Below, piece after piece: positions 8,768-19,714 of a stretch of DNA of 64,000 nucleotides. The stretch covers positions 544,001 to 608,000 of the forward strand of contig CAWCUS010000002.1 of NCBI GenBank assembly GCA_963798845.1, in the 5' to 3' direction. Below the pieces are notes generated by a model. That model saw only the letters and a program-made list of their open reading frames with translations, was not told the origin of the DNA and did not search any database. The first letter of the stretch is position 1. Every line of letters begins with the position of its first letter. The translations under genes were made by a program, and so were the position numbers. Origin of the DNA: an uncultured Gemmatimonadales bacterium (GTDB lineage Bacteria; Gemmatimonadota; Gemmatimonadetes; Longimicrobiales; RSA9).

Positions 8768-9265
8768 ATGCGAAGAAACCCCTCAGCGACGGTGACGGAA
8801 TTCCTCGAGAGTCTTCCGGGTGACCGGCAGAGGACCGTGGAGGCAGTACGGGCCCTGATTCGGCGACACCTGCCCCATGGATACGAGGAGGTGGTGGCGA
8901 AGAATATGCTGGTCTACCAGGTGCCGTTGAGCCGGTATGCGGATACGTACAATGGCTATCCGTTGTGGTATGTGGCCTTGGCGTCGGAGAAGTCGTATCT
9001 CTCGCTTCACCTGATGCCGGTCTACGGGAGCGCTATCTACGCGGATCGCCTAAGGGAGGGCTTCCGGAAGGAAGGCAAGCGCCTGAACATGGGTAAGGCA
9101 TGCGTGCGGTTCCGCAAGATCGAGGACCTAGCCCTCGATCCGATCGGTGAACTGGTTGGAAGCGTGTCGGTTGATCGTTGGGTGGAGATTGCCCAAAGTG
9201 CGCGATCTGGAAGGTCGCGGGACGGGTCCGCTGCTCGCGCGACAGCCCGTGGGAGGGACGGATAG
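8768..9265 (+). CDS. DUF1801/YdhG-like protein
   Basis: TVTEFLESLP...LP.GYEE...YVALASEKSYLSLHLM...MGKACVRF. Confidence 0.8.
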   Translation: MRRNPSATVTEFLESLPGDRQRTVEAVRALIRRHLPHGYEEVVAKNMLVYQVPLSRYADTYNGYPLWYVALASEKSYLSLHLMPVYGSAIYADRLREGFRKEGKRLNMGKACVRFRKIEDLALDPIGELVGSVSVDRWVEIAQSARSGRSRDGSAARATARGRDG

Positions 9266-9372
9266 ACGCGGTGGGGAAGCGTTGGTTGGGGATTGTCCCC
9301 GCCGAGGTGGTGCGGCGACGATCGCCTGGTTGGTCGGCGATCGATCGCCGCTCCAGCGTCATCGGGGCTGAT

Positions 9373-9482
9373 GATCAACCACCGGATGCGGAATCAGGAC
9401 GCCATGCTTGCCGAGCTTCGTGCTGCCGGGGCGGAGGTGGAGCACCCGCTCGAAAGTTAGCGCCGACCTGGAAACGTCAAGC
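9373..9482 (+). repeat. attC-like site 8 (degenerate, GTC core)
   Basis: Right end CGCCGACCTGGAAAC-GTCAAGC; left box GATCAAC tentative. Confidence 0.55.
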
Positions 9483-9524
9483 GCCATTCCCAACCAGAGG
9501 AACGCGCGTGTCGAAAGCGGCGGC

Positions 9525-10037
9525 ATGATCGACGGTCCCCACATCGAGGTGGCGGACGGCATGGCCGTCGTAGGTATTCATTGTCCCATGAGCTTCACCG
9601 AGCCGATGATGCGGGAGCTGTGGCAAGAGTTTCGGCCAAGGGTCAAGGATGTAAAAGGCAGAGCATCGGACAGCTTCATCTCGATGCGCGTCTATGACGA
9701 ACCGGTGGGAGCGGCGCCCGCTCCGGGATCGAAATTCGAGCAGTGGGCGGCGGTCGAGGTGGACGCATCAGCGGAGGTACCGCAGGGAATGGACTCTCAC
9801 AGGCTCGCGGGTGGGCTGTACGCAGTATTCACCCACCGCGGTCGAGCGGACGCGTTCGGAGATGTGGTACGTTACATCTACGGAGACTGGCTGCCGAGAT
9901 CAGAGTTCGAGCTGGCAGATCGTGAGTTTTTCGAAGTGTTGGGGCCTTCGTATCGTCCGGATGATCCGGAGGCGAGCGAGACGATCTGGATTCCTGTCCA
10001 GGAACGAGGCAGGCCCGGAGATCGGAACGGCGCTTGA
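9525..10037 (+). CDS. GyrI-like small-molecule binding protein
   Basis: WAAVEV...VPQGM...GGLYAVFTHRG...YIYGDWLPRS...FEVLG...SETIWIPV. Confidence 0.85.
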   Translation: MIDGPHIEVADGMAVVGIHCPMSFTEPMMRELWQEFRPRVKDVKGRASDSFISMRVYDEPVGAAPAPGSKFEQWAAVEVDASAEVPQGMDSHRLAGGLYAVFTHRGRADAFGDVVRYIYGDWLPRSEFELADREFFEVLGPSYRPDDPEASETIWIPVQERGRPGDRNGA

Positions 10038-10050
10038 CAGACGGTTTCAC
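10032..10050 (+). repeat. Truncated attC-like remnant (R'' only)
   Basis: GCTTGAC-AGACGGTT; 10024-10038 is 14/15 complementary to cassette start 9476-9490. Confidence 0.6.
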
Positions 10051-10071
10051 ATCCCTGCCCCGGGGGCAAAG

Positions 10072-10719
10072 ATGACTCGTGTACGTGTCCACAATTTCAC
10101 GATCTCGCTCGACGGCTACGGAGCCGGGCCGCGCCAGACTCGCGAGGATCCGCTCGGCGTGGGTGGTGAGGAATTGCACGACTGGTACATCCCGACGCGC
10201 ACCTTCCAGCGCATGGGTGGGAAGACCGGCGGCACCACCGGCGTCGATGATGATTTCGCGGCGCGATTCGGGCAGGACGTCGGCGCGTGGATAATGGGAC
10301 GCAACATGTTCGGCCCGATTCGCGGTCCGTGGCCGGACGACGCCTGGCGCGGCTGGTGGGGAAAGAACCCGCCCTATCACGGCCCGGTCTTCGTGCTGAC
10401 CCATCATGCCCGCCCGCCGGCCGAGATGGAAGGCGGTACGGTCTTCCACTTCGTCACGGGCGGTATCCGTGAGGCGCTGGAGCGCGCCACTGCGGCTGCG
10501 GCCGGGAAGGACGTGGAGATCGGAGGCGGCGTGGCGACGGTCCGCCAGTACCTCGAAGCGGAGCTCATCGACGAGCTGCACGTGGCGATCGCGCCGAGGT
10601 TGCTCGGATCGGGCGAGCATCTCCTGTACGGCCTCGATCTCACGGCCCTGGGCTATGAGTGCACCACCCACGTGCCGACCGCCGGCGCAACCCATGTCGT
10701 GCTGACAAGAAAGGAGTGA
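10072..10719 (+). CDS. Dihydrofolate reductase-like (RibD C-terminal) family protein
   Basis: ISLDGYGAGP, IMGRNMFGP, VFVLTHH, IGGGVATVRQYL, IDELHVAIAP. Confidence 0.88.
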   Translation: MTRVRVHNFTISLDGYGAGPRQTREDPLGVGGEELHDWYIPTRTFQRMGGKTGGTTGVDDDFAARFGQDVGAWIMGRNMFGPIRGPWPDDAWRGWWGKNPPYHGPVFVLTHHARPPAEMEGGTVFHFVTGGIREALERATAAAAGKDVEIGGGVATVRQYLEAELIDELHVAIAPRLLGSGEHLLYGLDLTALGYECTTHVPTAGATHVVLTRKE

Positions 10720-10779
10720 CTGGGGAGGGACCAGAATGTGCAGGCGCTGCGACGGATCGCTGGGTGCTGAGGCTGTGAG

Positions 10780-10945
10780 ACTGCGGCTCCGGCGAACCCG
10801 GCGCTACCGGGGACGTCGGGTCGCCGGGCATCGCTCATGCCCACGGAAGCGTCGTGTGGAAGCGTACGAGTACGGGCGCTTCGGCTGGGTGCGAGATCCG
10901 GAGGGAAACAGGTTCGAGTTTTGGGAGCCCGCGGCGCGCGTGTAG
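10780..10945 (+). pseudogene. Degraded VOC/glyoxalase C-terminal fragment
   Basis: EYGRFGWVRDPEGNRFEFWEP without an intact N-terminus; start boundary approximate. Confidence 0.6.
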
Positions 10946-10964
10946 GGGGCGAGGAGACTGCGTC

Positions 10965-11612
10965 GTGTGCCACGAGGCCATCATCGACCTTTATGAACGC
11001 CACGCTCGCGACTATGACCGGGATCGCAGCCGTGGGCTTCAGGAGCGAGCATGGCTCGATCGATTCCTGGCATTGGTCGATCCGACGGCGCCGGTTCTCG
11101 ACCTCGGCTGCGGAGTCGGTGAGCCGATCGCCCGCTACCTGATCGAGCGTGGATGCGAGATCGTCGGGGTGGACTCGTCGCCCAGTATGGTTGAGATCTG
11201 CCGCGCTCGCTTTCCGGCGACCAGGTGGCTGGTGGGCGACATGCGGCACCTACGCTTCGACCACCGGTTCGCGGGTGTTGTCGCCTGGGACAGCTTCTTC
11301 CATCTGCACATGGATGACCAGCGCAGGATGTTTCGACGTTTTGCCGCCCATGCACTGCCCGGCGCTCCCCTGCTGTTCACGAGCGGGACGTCGGAGGGAG
11401 AGGCGATGGGTTCGTATCACGGCGAACCGCTGTACCATGCCAGCCTGGATCCGGCGGAATACCGGTCCCTGCTGAGCGCCAACGGCTTCGCGGTCCAGGC
11501 TCACACCATGGAGGATCCCGAGTGCGGGAAGCACACGATCTGGCTCGCCACGAAGGCCGCGCCGAGAGGGAAAGGCGCAGATCACGCTGGGCGTGACGGT
11601 TCCCACGGATGA
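10965..11612 (+). CDS. Class I SAM-dependent methyltransferase
   Basis: VLDLGCGVGEP, GVDSS, VGDMR, AWDSFFHL. Confidence 0.88.
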   Translation: MCHEAIIDLYERHARDYDRDRSRGLQERAWLDRFLALVDPTAPVLDLGCGVGEPIARYLIERGCEIVGVDSSPSMVEICRARFPATRWLVGDMRHLRFDHRFAGVVAWDSFFHLHMDDQRRMFRRFAAHALPGAPLLFTSGTSEGEAMGSYHGEPLYHASLDPAEYRSLLSANGFAVQAHTMEDPECGKHTIWLATKAAPRGKGADHAGRDGSHG

Positions 11613-12028
11613 TCTCGCCGCTGAGGTGGAGGGGTTCTTCGGTGAGCACGCCGTTGATCCAGTCGACCAACGCTCGGCGGGTGGTGCTGAGCGCCGCGGT
11701 GCTCGTGTTGACGGCGCTGGCCTGGGGAGCGCTCTACGGGGGGATCCGTCAGCTGCCCCGCGCAGAGACCGTTGGCCAGCGAGTGGAGACCTGGATCCAG
11801 ATCGCAGGGGGGGTCCTGAGTGCGGTCACCGTCCTCACCTGCTTTCGGCATCACGAGTGGACGCGCTGGCTCCGGGCGGTCTGGGCGACATCCCTGGTGC
11901 TGGCGGCGGGGCTTTCCGGACTCGTGTGGGGTCCACCAATGCCTCTCATCGCACTGCTCCTGGCTACAGGGGCGCTATTCGTCGTCCTTGTCCTCGCGTG
12001 GGCCATGCGCGCCGGAGGCGTCCGGTGA
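11609..12028 (+). CDS. Hypothetical membrane protein (~4 TM)
   Basis: Four hydrophobic segments; ATGA overlap with upstream gene. Confidence 0.6.
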   Translation: MISPLRWRGSSVSTPLIQSTNARRVVLSAAVLVLTALAWGALYGGIRQLPRAETVGQRVETWIQIAGGVLSAVTVLTCFRHHEWTRWLRAVWATSLVLAAGLSGLVWGPPMPLIALLLATGALFVVLVLAWAMRAGGVR

Positions 12029-12177
12029 AGGCTCGTGGGCGGCATTGATGCGGGCATCGCCGCCGGGCGGGCATCCGGCTCAGGGGTGGGGTGCCGCGGG
12101 TGTCCCGGGGATGTCCTCGATGCGCGTGTGGCGCTCCGGGCCACTCCGGAGCGCCACACGTGCCGGCCTTCGCGGCG

Positions 12178-14415
<2,238 letters not shown>

Positions 14416-14709
14416 TCAGCGAGTGGTGTGTTCAGCGTCGGATACGACCGAGCCCCGGCCGGGCGCCTGGAGGCGCACGCACCGCGGCGTCGTCGCGTGA
14501 GGACGGGCGGTGCGGCGGCGCAGGGGGTACTGTGGCCACAATGCCCCGGCCCGGACGCCGACGCAAGGGCTCGCGGCCGGCGCTGGCCCAGTGGTCCCGG
14601 GGCCGGGATCCCCGGCGCCGGGGGTCGGCTGGTCGGCCATCGAGCGGGCGCCGCCTCTGCCACAAGACCCTGTCCCCGGTACGCGGCGCCCTGTATAGTC
14701 TACGGACCC

Positions 14710-15371
14710 ATGCCCCCCGCCCTGGTCTCCCTGGCTACAGCCCTCGCAGGCCGCTACACCGTCGGCGACGCCATCGGCGCCGGTGGCATGGCGACCGTGT
14801 CCGTGCCCGCGACGGGAAGCACGGCCGCGACGTCGCGCTCAAGGTGCTCCGCCCGGAGCTGGTGGAGGCGCTGTGGCGCGAGCGGTTCCTGCGCGAGATC
14901 CGCCTGGCGGCCAGCCTCACGCACCCGAACATCCTGCCGTTCCACGATTCGGGCGATGCGGACGGCGTGCTCTGGTTCACCATGCCGCTCGTCGAGGGTG
15001 ACACGCTGCGGGACCGCCTGGAGCGGGAAGGACGGCTCGCGGAGAACGCGGCGGCGCTGCCTTACACGGCGCAGCTCCGGGCGCTGCTGGCCGCCGTGTC
15101 CGGGCGGCGCGAAGAGGCGCTCGAGATCCTCGCCACCGTGGACGAGTCGGCGCTGGACGGCCACCACACCTTTCACCTGGCCGAGTCGTACGCCGTGGCC
15201 GGTGCGCACGAGCGCGCCGTCGCGCTCCTCGATCGGGCCGTGACGCTCGGGTTCTACCCCCACGACTACTACAGCCGGCTCTGCCCGTTCCACGATGCGC
15301 TGAGGGGCCGTGACGATTTCGCCCGGGTCGCCGCGCGCGCGGCGGAGCGGTCCGCGGCGTTCCGGGCGTAG
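14710..15371 (+). pseudogene. Ser/Thr protein kinase remnant (frameshift ~14798 plus large internal deletion)
   Basis: GRY...IGAGGMATV | RARD.KHGRDVALKVLRPEL...HPNILPFHDSG...MPLVEGDTLRDRL then jumps to a helical C-terminal tail; no HRD/DFG. Confidence 0.8.
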
Positions 15372-15521
15372 CCAGCGCTCGCGTCGACGCCGGCGCGCCC
15401 GCTCCAGGAGTCCGGATCCCGCCCATCCCGGCAGAGCAGGAAAGCGCGATGCCGTTGACGCGAAAGGACGCTCCGACACATGCTCCCCCCACACCCTGCC
15501 ACGCGAGGCTCACCGCCGGAC

Positions 15522-16928
15522 ATGACGCCCATGATCGACCGTCTCGCCGCGCTTCCGCGGCTGGCCGAAGTCCCCCGCGAGCAGCTCCAGTGGCTGCTGG
15601 ACCACGCCGAGTTTCAGCGCGGGGAGGATGGCGCGACCTACCACGGTGTGGGCGCCAACGAGCTCGTGGGCCTCTTCCTGCTGGTCTCCGGCCGGTTCTC
15701 CATCCGGATGACCAGGGGCGGTGTGGAGCGGGAGATCCGGGAGATCCTGCCGGGCGCCGTCACGGGGTTCCTGCCCTACTCGCGGATGAAGGACCCGGAG
15801 GGCTACGTGGTGGCGGACGGTCCGGTGGAGTTCGTTTTCCTGCGGATCGAGGACCTGCCGGCGCTGGCGACGCACTGCTACGAGCTCACGGCGATCTGCG
15901 TGCACGAGATGCTGGACCGGGTGCGGGTGTTCAAGTCAGAGGACAAGCGCCAGGAGAAGATGGCGGCGCTCGGCCGGCTCTCCGCCGGGCTCGCGCACGA
16001 GCTGAACAACCCGGCGTCTGCGGCGGCGCGGGCGGCGAGAGGGCTGGACGCGGCGCGCCGTGAGCTGGTGGTGGCGTCGCGGGAGCTCGGCGCGGCAGGT
16101 CTCGGAGAAGCCGGACTGCGAGGGCTGGAGCAGCTGCAGGCGACGGCGCGGCGGTCTGTCGCGGACGGGATCTCGCCCACGGCGAGAGCGGCGCTGGAGG
16201 ACCGGATCGGGGCGTGGCTGGGGGAGCGCGGAATCGAAGCGGGACTCGCGTTCCCGCTCGCGGAGCACGGGATCACGGTGGCCGAGCTCGAGGCCGCCGC
16301 TCCCGCGTTCGATGGGATGCAGCTCGGTTCGGTGCTCCGCTACCTCGCCGCGGACTGCGAGCTGCGGGCGCTGGCCGCGGACATCGTGTCGGCGGCGGAG
16401 CGGATCGACGCGCTCGTGGCCGCTGTCAAGAAGCACACGCACATGGACCGCGGGCGCGGGATCGAGCCGATCCGGCTGGCCGAGCACCTGGCGGATACCG
16501 TGACGCTCATGCGCTCGAAAGCGGCCCTGAAGGGGGCCTCCCTGGAGCTCAGCGTCGGGCCGGACCTGCCGCCGGTGGACGGGTCGGTGTCGGAGCTGAA
16601 CCAGGTATGGATGCACCTGGTGGACAACGCCATCGACGCCGTGGCGGAGTCGGGCCGGATCGAGATCGACGCGACAGTGGAAGGCGGCTACGTCGTCGTC
16701 CGGGTCGTCGACGACGGTCCCGGGATCCCCGAGGAGCTGCAGGAGCGCGTGTTCGACCCGTTCTTCACCACCAAGGAGGTCGGGGAGGGACGCGGGCTGG
16801 GACTCGACATCGTTCGGACCGTGGTGGGCAGCCACCACGGCACGGTGCGGCTGCGGTCCGTTCCCGGCCGAACGGAGTTCCGCGTGGCGCTGCCCGCGGG
16901 CGGGACCGGCGGCGAGATCGTCCGGTGA
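15522..16928 (+). CDS. Sensor histidine kinase with N-terminal cNMP-binding-like domain
   Basis: EKMAALGRLSAGLAHELNNPA, LNQVW.HLVDNAIDA, DDGPGIP, FDPFFTTK, GRGLGL. Confidence 0.9.
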   Translation: MTPMIDRLAALPRLAEVPREQLQWLLDHAEFQRGEDGATYHGVGANELVGLFLLVSGRFSIRMTRGGVEREIREILPGAVTGFLPYSRMKDPEGYVVADGPVEFVFLRIEDLPALATHCYELTAICVHEMLDRVRVFKSEDKRQEKMAALGRLSAGLAHELNNPASAAARAARGLDAARRELVVASRELGAAGLGEAGLRGLEQLQATARRSVADGISPTARAALEDRIGAWLGERGIEAGLAFPLAEHGITVAELEAAAPAFDGMQLGSVLRYLAADCELRALAADIVSAAERIDALVAAVKKHTHMDRGRGIEPIRLAEHLADTVTLMRSKAALKGASLELSVGPDLPPVDGSVSELNQVWMHLVDNAIDAVAESGRIEIDATVEGGYVVVRVVDDGPGIPEELQERVFDPFFTTKEVGEGRGLGLDIVRTVVGSHHGTVRLRSVPGRTEFRVALPAGGTGGEIVR

Positions 16929-17503
16929 AGGGGAAGGATGGCCGCCCCGTCATGGCGTTCCGCGACCGTGCCGCCTGGGCGCAGTGGCTCGAAGCGAACC
17001 ACGACCGCTCCCCCGGGCTGTGGCTGAAGCTGGCGAAGAAGGGGAGCGGCGTGCCGAGCGTCAGCCGGGAGGAGGCGCTGGGAGTGGCGCTCTGCTACGG
17101 GTGGATCGACGGCCAGGCGGCGGCGCTGGATGAGCAGCACTGGCTCCAGCGCTACACGCCCCGCACCGGCCGCAGCAAGTGGTCGCGGCGAAACCGCGAG
17201 GCCGCGCTCCGGCTGATCGAGGCGGGAGTAATGCGGCCTCCCGGGCTGGCGGCGGTGGAGGCGGCGCGGGCGGACGGCCGCTGGGACGCCGCGTACGCCC
17301 CCCAGAGCGAGATCACCGTCCCGCCGGACCTGGCGGCTGCGCTCGATCGGCACCCGGCGGCGCGGGCGCGCTTCGAGGAGCTGGACAGCCGGAACCGCTA
17401 CTCGATCCTCTACCGCATCGGCGACGCGAAGAAGCCGGAAACCCGGCGGCGCCGGATCGACACGTTCGTGGAAATGCTGCGCCGGGGAGAGACGATCCAC
17501 TAG
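16925..17503 (+). CDS. YdeI/OmpD-associated family protein
   Basis: WAQWLEANH, ALCYGWIDG, YTPR...SKWS, VPPDLAAAL, AKKPETRRRRI. Confidence 0.88.
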   Translation: MKGKDGRPVMAFRDRAAWAQWLEANHDRSPGLWLKLAKKGSGVPSVSREEALGVALCYGWIDGQAAALDEQHWLQRYTPRTGRSKWSRRNREAALRLIEAGVMRPPGLAAVEAARADGRWDAAYAPQSEITVPPDLAAALDRHPAARARFEELDSRNRYSILYRIGDAKKPETRRRRIDTFVEMLRRGETIH

Positions 17504-17538
17504 CCGGCCAGACGCTCGCCCGCTCACAGGAGACAGCC

Positions 17539-18696
17539 ATGCGACTCCGGCCCACGCTCCTTCTCGGTCTCGCCGCCTGCGGCGCCGCACCATCCGCGAC
17601 GCAGGGGCCGACGTTCGACATCCGGCGCATCGACAGGGGCAGCGGCTCGGGGTCGCTCCTGACGCTGGCGGACGAGGACGGGGACGGGCACGTGGACATC
17701 CTGGCGGGGGGCGAAGGGAGCGTGACGGTGCTGCGGGGGGACGGCCGCGGCGGGTTCGCGGCGCCGGTGCGGTTGGCCGCCGGCGAGAACCCGGTGTGCG
17801 CGGCGGTCGGGGACCTGGACGGAGACGGTCGGCTGGACGCGGTCGTCGCCAACCACGACACGCACTACGTCACGCTCCTGTTCGGCGGCGAGCAGGGCCT
17901 CGCGTCGCGGCGCCAGGTGCGCGTGCCGGTGGAGCTGGAGCCGCACCCCCACGCGGTGGCGGTGGCGGACCTCGACGAGGATGGTCACCTCGATTTCGTG
18001 GTGGACGACCGGCAGGGGGAGCGCCTGCTCGCGTTCCGCGGCGCGGGGGACGGTACGTTCGAGGTCGCCCGCCCGGTCCCGGTCGGCGGCGACCCGTACC
18101 GGGGCATGGCCCTGGCCGACGTGAACGGGGACGGCCACATGGACGTGGTCACGCCGAACCCGCGCACCGTTGCGGTCCAGCTCGGCGACGGCCGGGGCGG
18201 CTTCACCCCGGGCGCGCGCCTGGACGCATCGGACGTGCGCCCCTTCAGCGTGGCGGTGGGCGATTTCGACGGCGACGGCGTGGCCGACGTGGCGGCGGCC
18301 AGCGGCGAGCAGGTGGGGCTGCTGGGCGTGTGGCGCGGGACGGGGGGCGGGGCGTTCGAGCCGGCGCCGGGCTCGCCGTTCACCATCGCGCAGGGACCGG
18401 CCACGGTGGTCGCCGCGGACGTCACGGGCGACGGCGTGGACGACCTCCTGGTGACCAGCTACGCCGGCGCCGAGCTGGCCATCTTCCCGGGCTCCGCCGA
18501 CGAGGGCATGGGGGCCGCGGGTGGCGCGTTCCAGGGCGCGACCGGCCCCACGCGCATCGCGATCGCGGACGGCCCGTGGGGCCTCGCTGCCGGGGACGTG
18601 AACGGGGACGGCCGGGCGGACATCGTCGTCGCCAGCGATGGCGCCACGACGCTCACCGTGCTGCTCGCGCGGGGCACGGACGCGGGACGCGAATGA
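17539..18696 (+). CDS. FG-GAP/VCBS repeat protein (putative lipoprotein)
   Basis: Seven D.DGDG..D repeats; LAAC lipobox; AGGAG RBS. Confidence 0.88.
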   Translation: MRLRPTLLLGLAACGAAPSATQGPTFDIRRIDRGSGSGSLLTLADEDGDGHVDILAGGEGSVTVLRGDGRGGFAAPVRLAAGENPVCAAVGDLDGDGRLDAVVANHDTHYVTLLFGGEQGLASRRQVRVPVELEPHPHAVAVADLDEDGHLDFVVDDRQGERLLAFRGAGDGTFEVARPVPVGGDPYRGMALADVNGDGHMDVVTPNPRTVAVQLGDGRGGFTPGARLDASDVRPFSVAVGDFDGDGVADVAAASGEQVGLLGVWRGTGGGAFEPAPGSPFTIAQGPATVVAADVTGDGVDDLLVTSYAGAELAIFPGSADEGMGAAGGAFQGATGPTRIAIADGPWGLAAGDVNGDGRADIVVASDGATTLTVLLARGTDAGRE

Positions 18697-18707
18697 AGGA
18701 GAGGCGC

Positions 18708-19211
18708 ATGGCGATCCTGTTCCGGACGCTGGTCTACGGCTCGCTGTTCGTGGCGGCGCTGCTGGTGCTCCTTCCCGCTCGGCTGCTCGAGTGGTCGGGG
18801 ATCGGTCGCCCGTCGCACGTCGGCGCGGTCCAGGTCGCGGGGCTGGTCGTGCTCGGGATCGGCGCCGTGCTCGCCGCGTGGTGCGTCCTGGCCTTCCCGC
18901 TGGTGGGGCGGGGCACGCCCGCGCCGTTCGACCCGCCTCGCCGCCTGGTGACCTCGGGGCCGTACCGCTGGGTGCGGAACCCGATGTACGTGGGCGCGGT
19001 CCTCTCGCTCACCGGGGCTGCGCTCTACTACGGCTCCATCGTCCTGGCCGCGTACGGCGTGGCGTTCCTCCTGGCGGCGCACCTGTTCGTGACCGCGTAC
19101 GAGGAGCGCGCCCTCCAGCGCACGTTCGGCGCCGAATACGAGGCGTACCGCGCCCGCGTCGGCCGCTGGCTGCCCCGCCTGCCTCGCCTGCCTCGCCCTC
19201 GCCGCGGCTGA
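18708..19211 (+). CDS. Isoprenylcysteine carboxyl methyltransferase/PEMT family protein
   Basis: GRGTPAPFDPPRRLVTSGPYRWVRNPMY...EERAL..FGAEYEAY. Confidence 0.88.
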   Translation: MAILFRTLVYGSLFVAALLVLLPARLLEWSGIGRPSHVGAVQVAGLVVLGIGAVLAAWCVLAFPLVGRGTPAPFDPPRRLVTSGPYRWVRNPMYVGAVLSLTGAALYYGSIVLAAYGVAFLLAAHLFVTAYEERALQRTFGAEYEAYRARVGRWLPRLPRLPRPRRG

Positions 19212-19351
19212 CCGGCTTCCCCCCGCAAGCCGGGGCGGGCGGTGGAAGCAGGCGCCCGGGATCGGGCGCGCCCGACCGACAGGGCTGGTGCCGGCGGCCG
19301 CCGGCCACCTACTTTCCGACCAGCCCCTTCAGACCCACCGGACCCTCCGCC

Positions 19352-19714
19352 ATGGACCCCACGACGATTGTCGCGCCAGAGCTTCCCCGTCTTGTCACCG
19401 GGCGCCTCGAGCTGCGCTCCTTCACGCTGGACGACGCCGCGCGGCTGCGGGAGCACGCGGGCGACGCCCGGGTGGCCGGCACCACGCTCCGCATCCCGCA
19501 CCCCTACGAGGAGGGGATGGCGGAGGAGTTCATCCGCGCCATGCCCGCGGCCCGACTCGGAGGCCAGCTGACCTGGGCCGTCGCCCGACCGGAGGAAGGG
19601 CTGCTTCGCCAGCACGTCGTGGCCCGCGGGAAAGTGGAGGACCTGGTGGTGTGCGGCGCGCTGCGGTCGGACTGGACCGGCATGACGGGGACGCGGAACG
19701 GCGGGCCGCCATGA
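19352..19714 (+). pseudogene. RimJ/RimL-type GNAT acetyltransferase with internal deletion
   Basis: RLELRSFTLDDA...IPHPY N-terminus joined directly to EEGLLRQHV...EDLV C-terminus; acetyl-CoA binding core missing. Confidence 0.75.

Larger units (their letters stand above)
1..10050 (+). mobile_element. Integron-like gene cassette array (integrase not in window)
   Basis: Nine related RYYYAAC...GTTRRRY-type sites separating small same-strand ORFs; cassette start/end complementarity; stop codons overlapping R'' boxes; two TA cassettes. Confidence 0.88.

Noticed and set aside
465..10050. CRISPR or simple REP interpretation of the repeated sites
   Set aside because: Repeats are ~150 bp, separated by whole genes, and show cassette start/end complementarity
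10072..10719. Trimethoprim-resistance dfr cassette
   Set aside because: Sequence fits the RibD-C/DHFR-like family, not DfrA/DfrB
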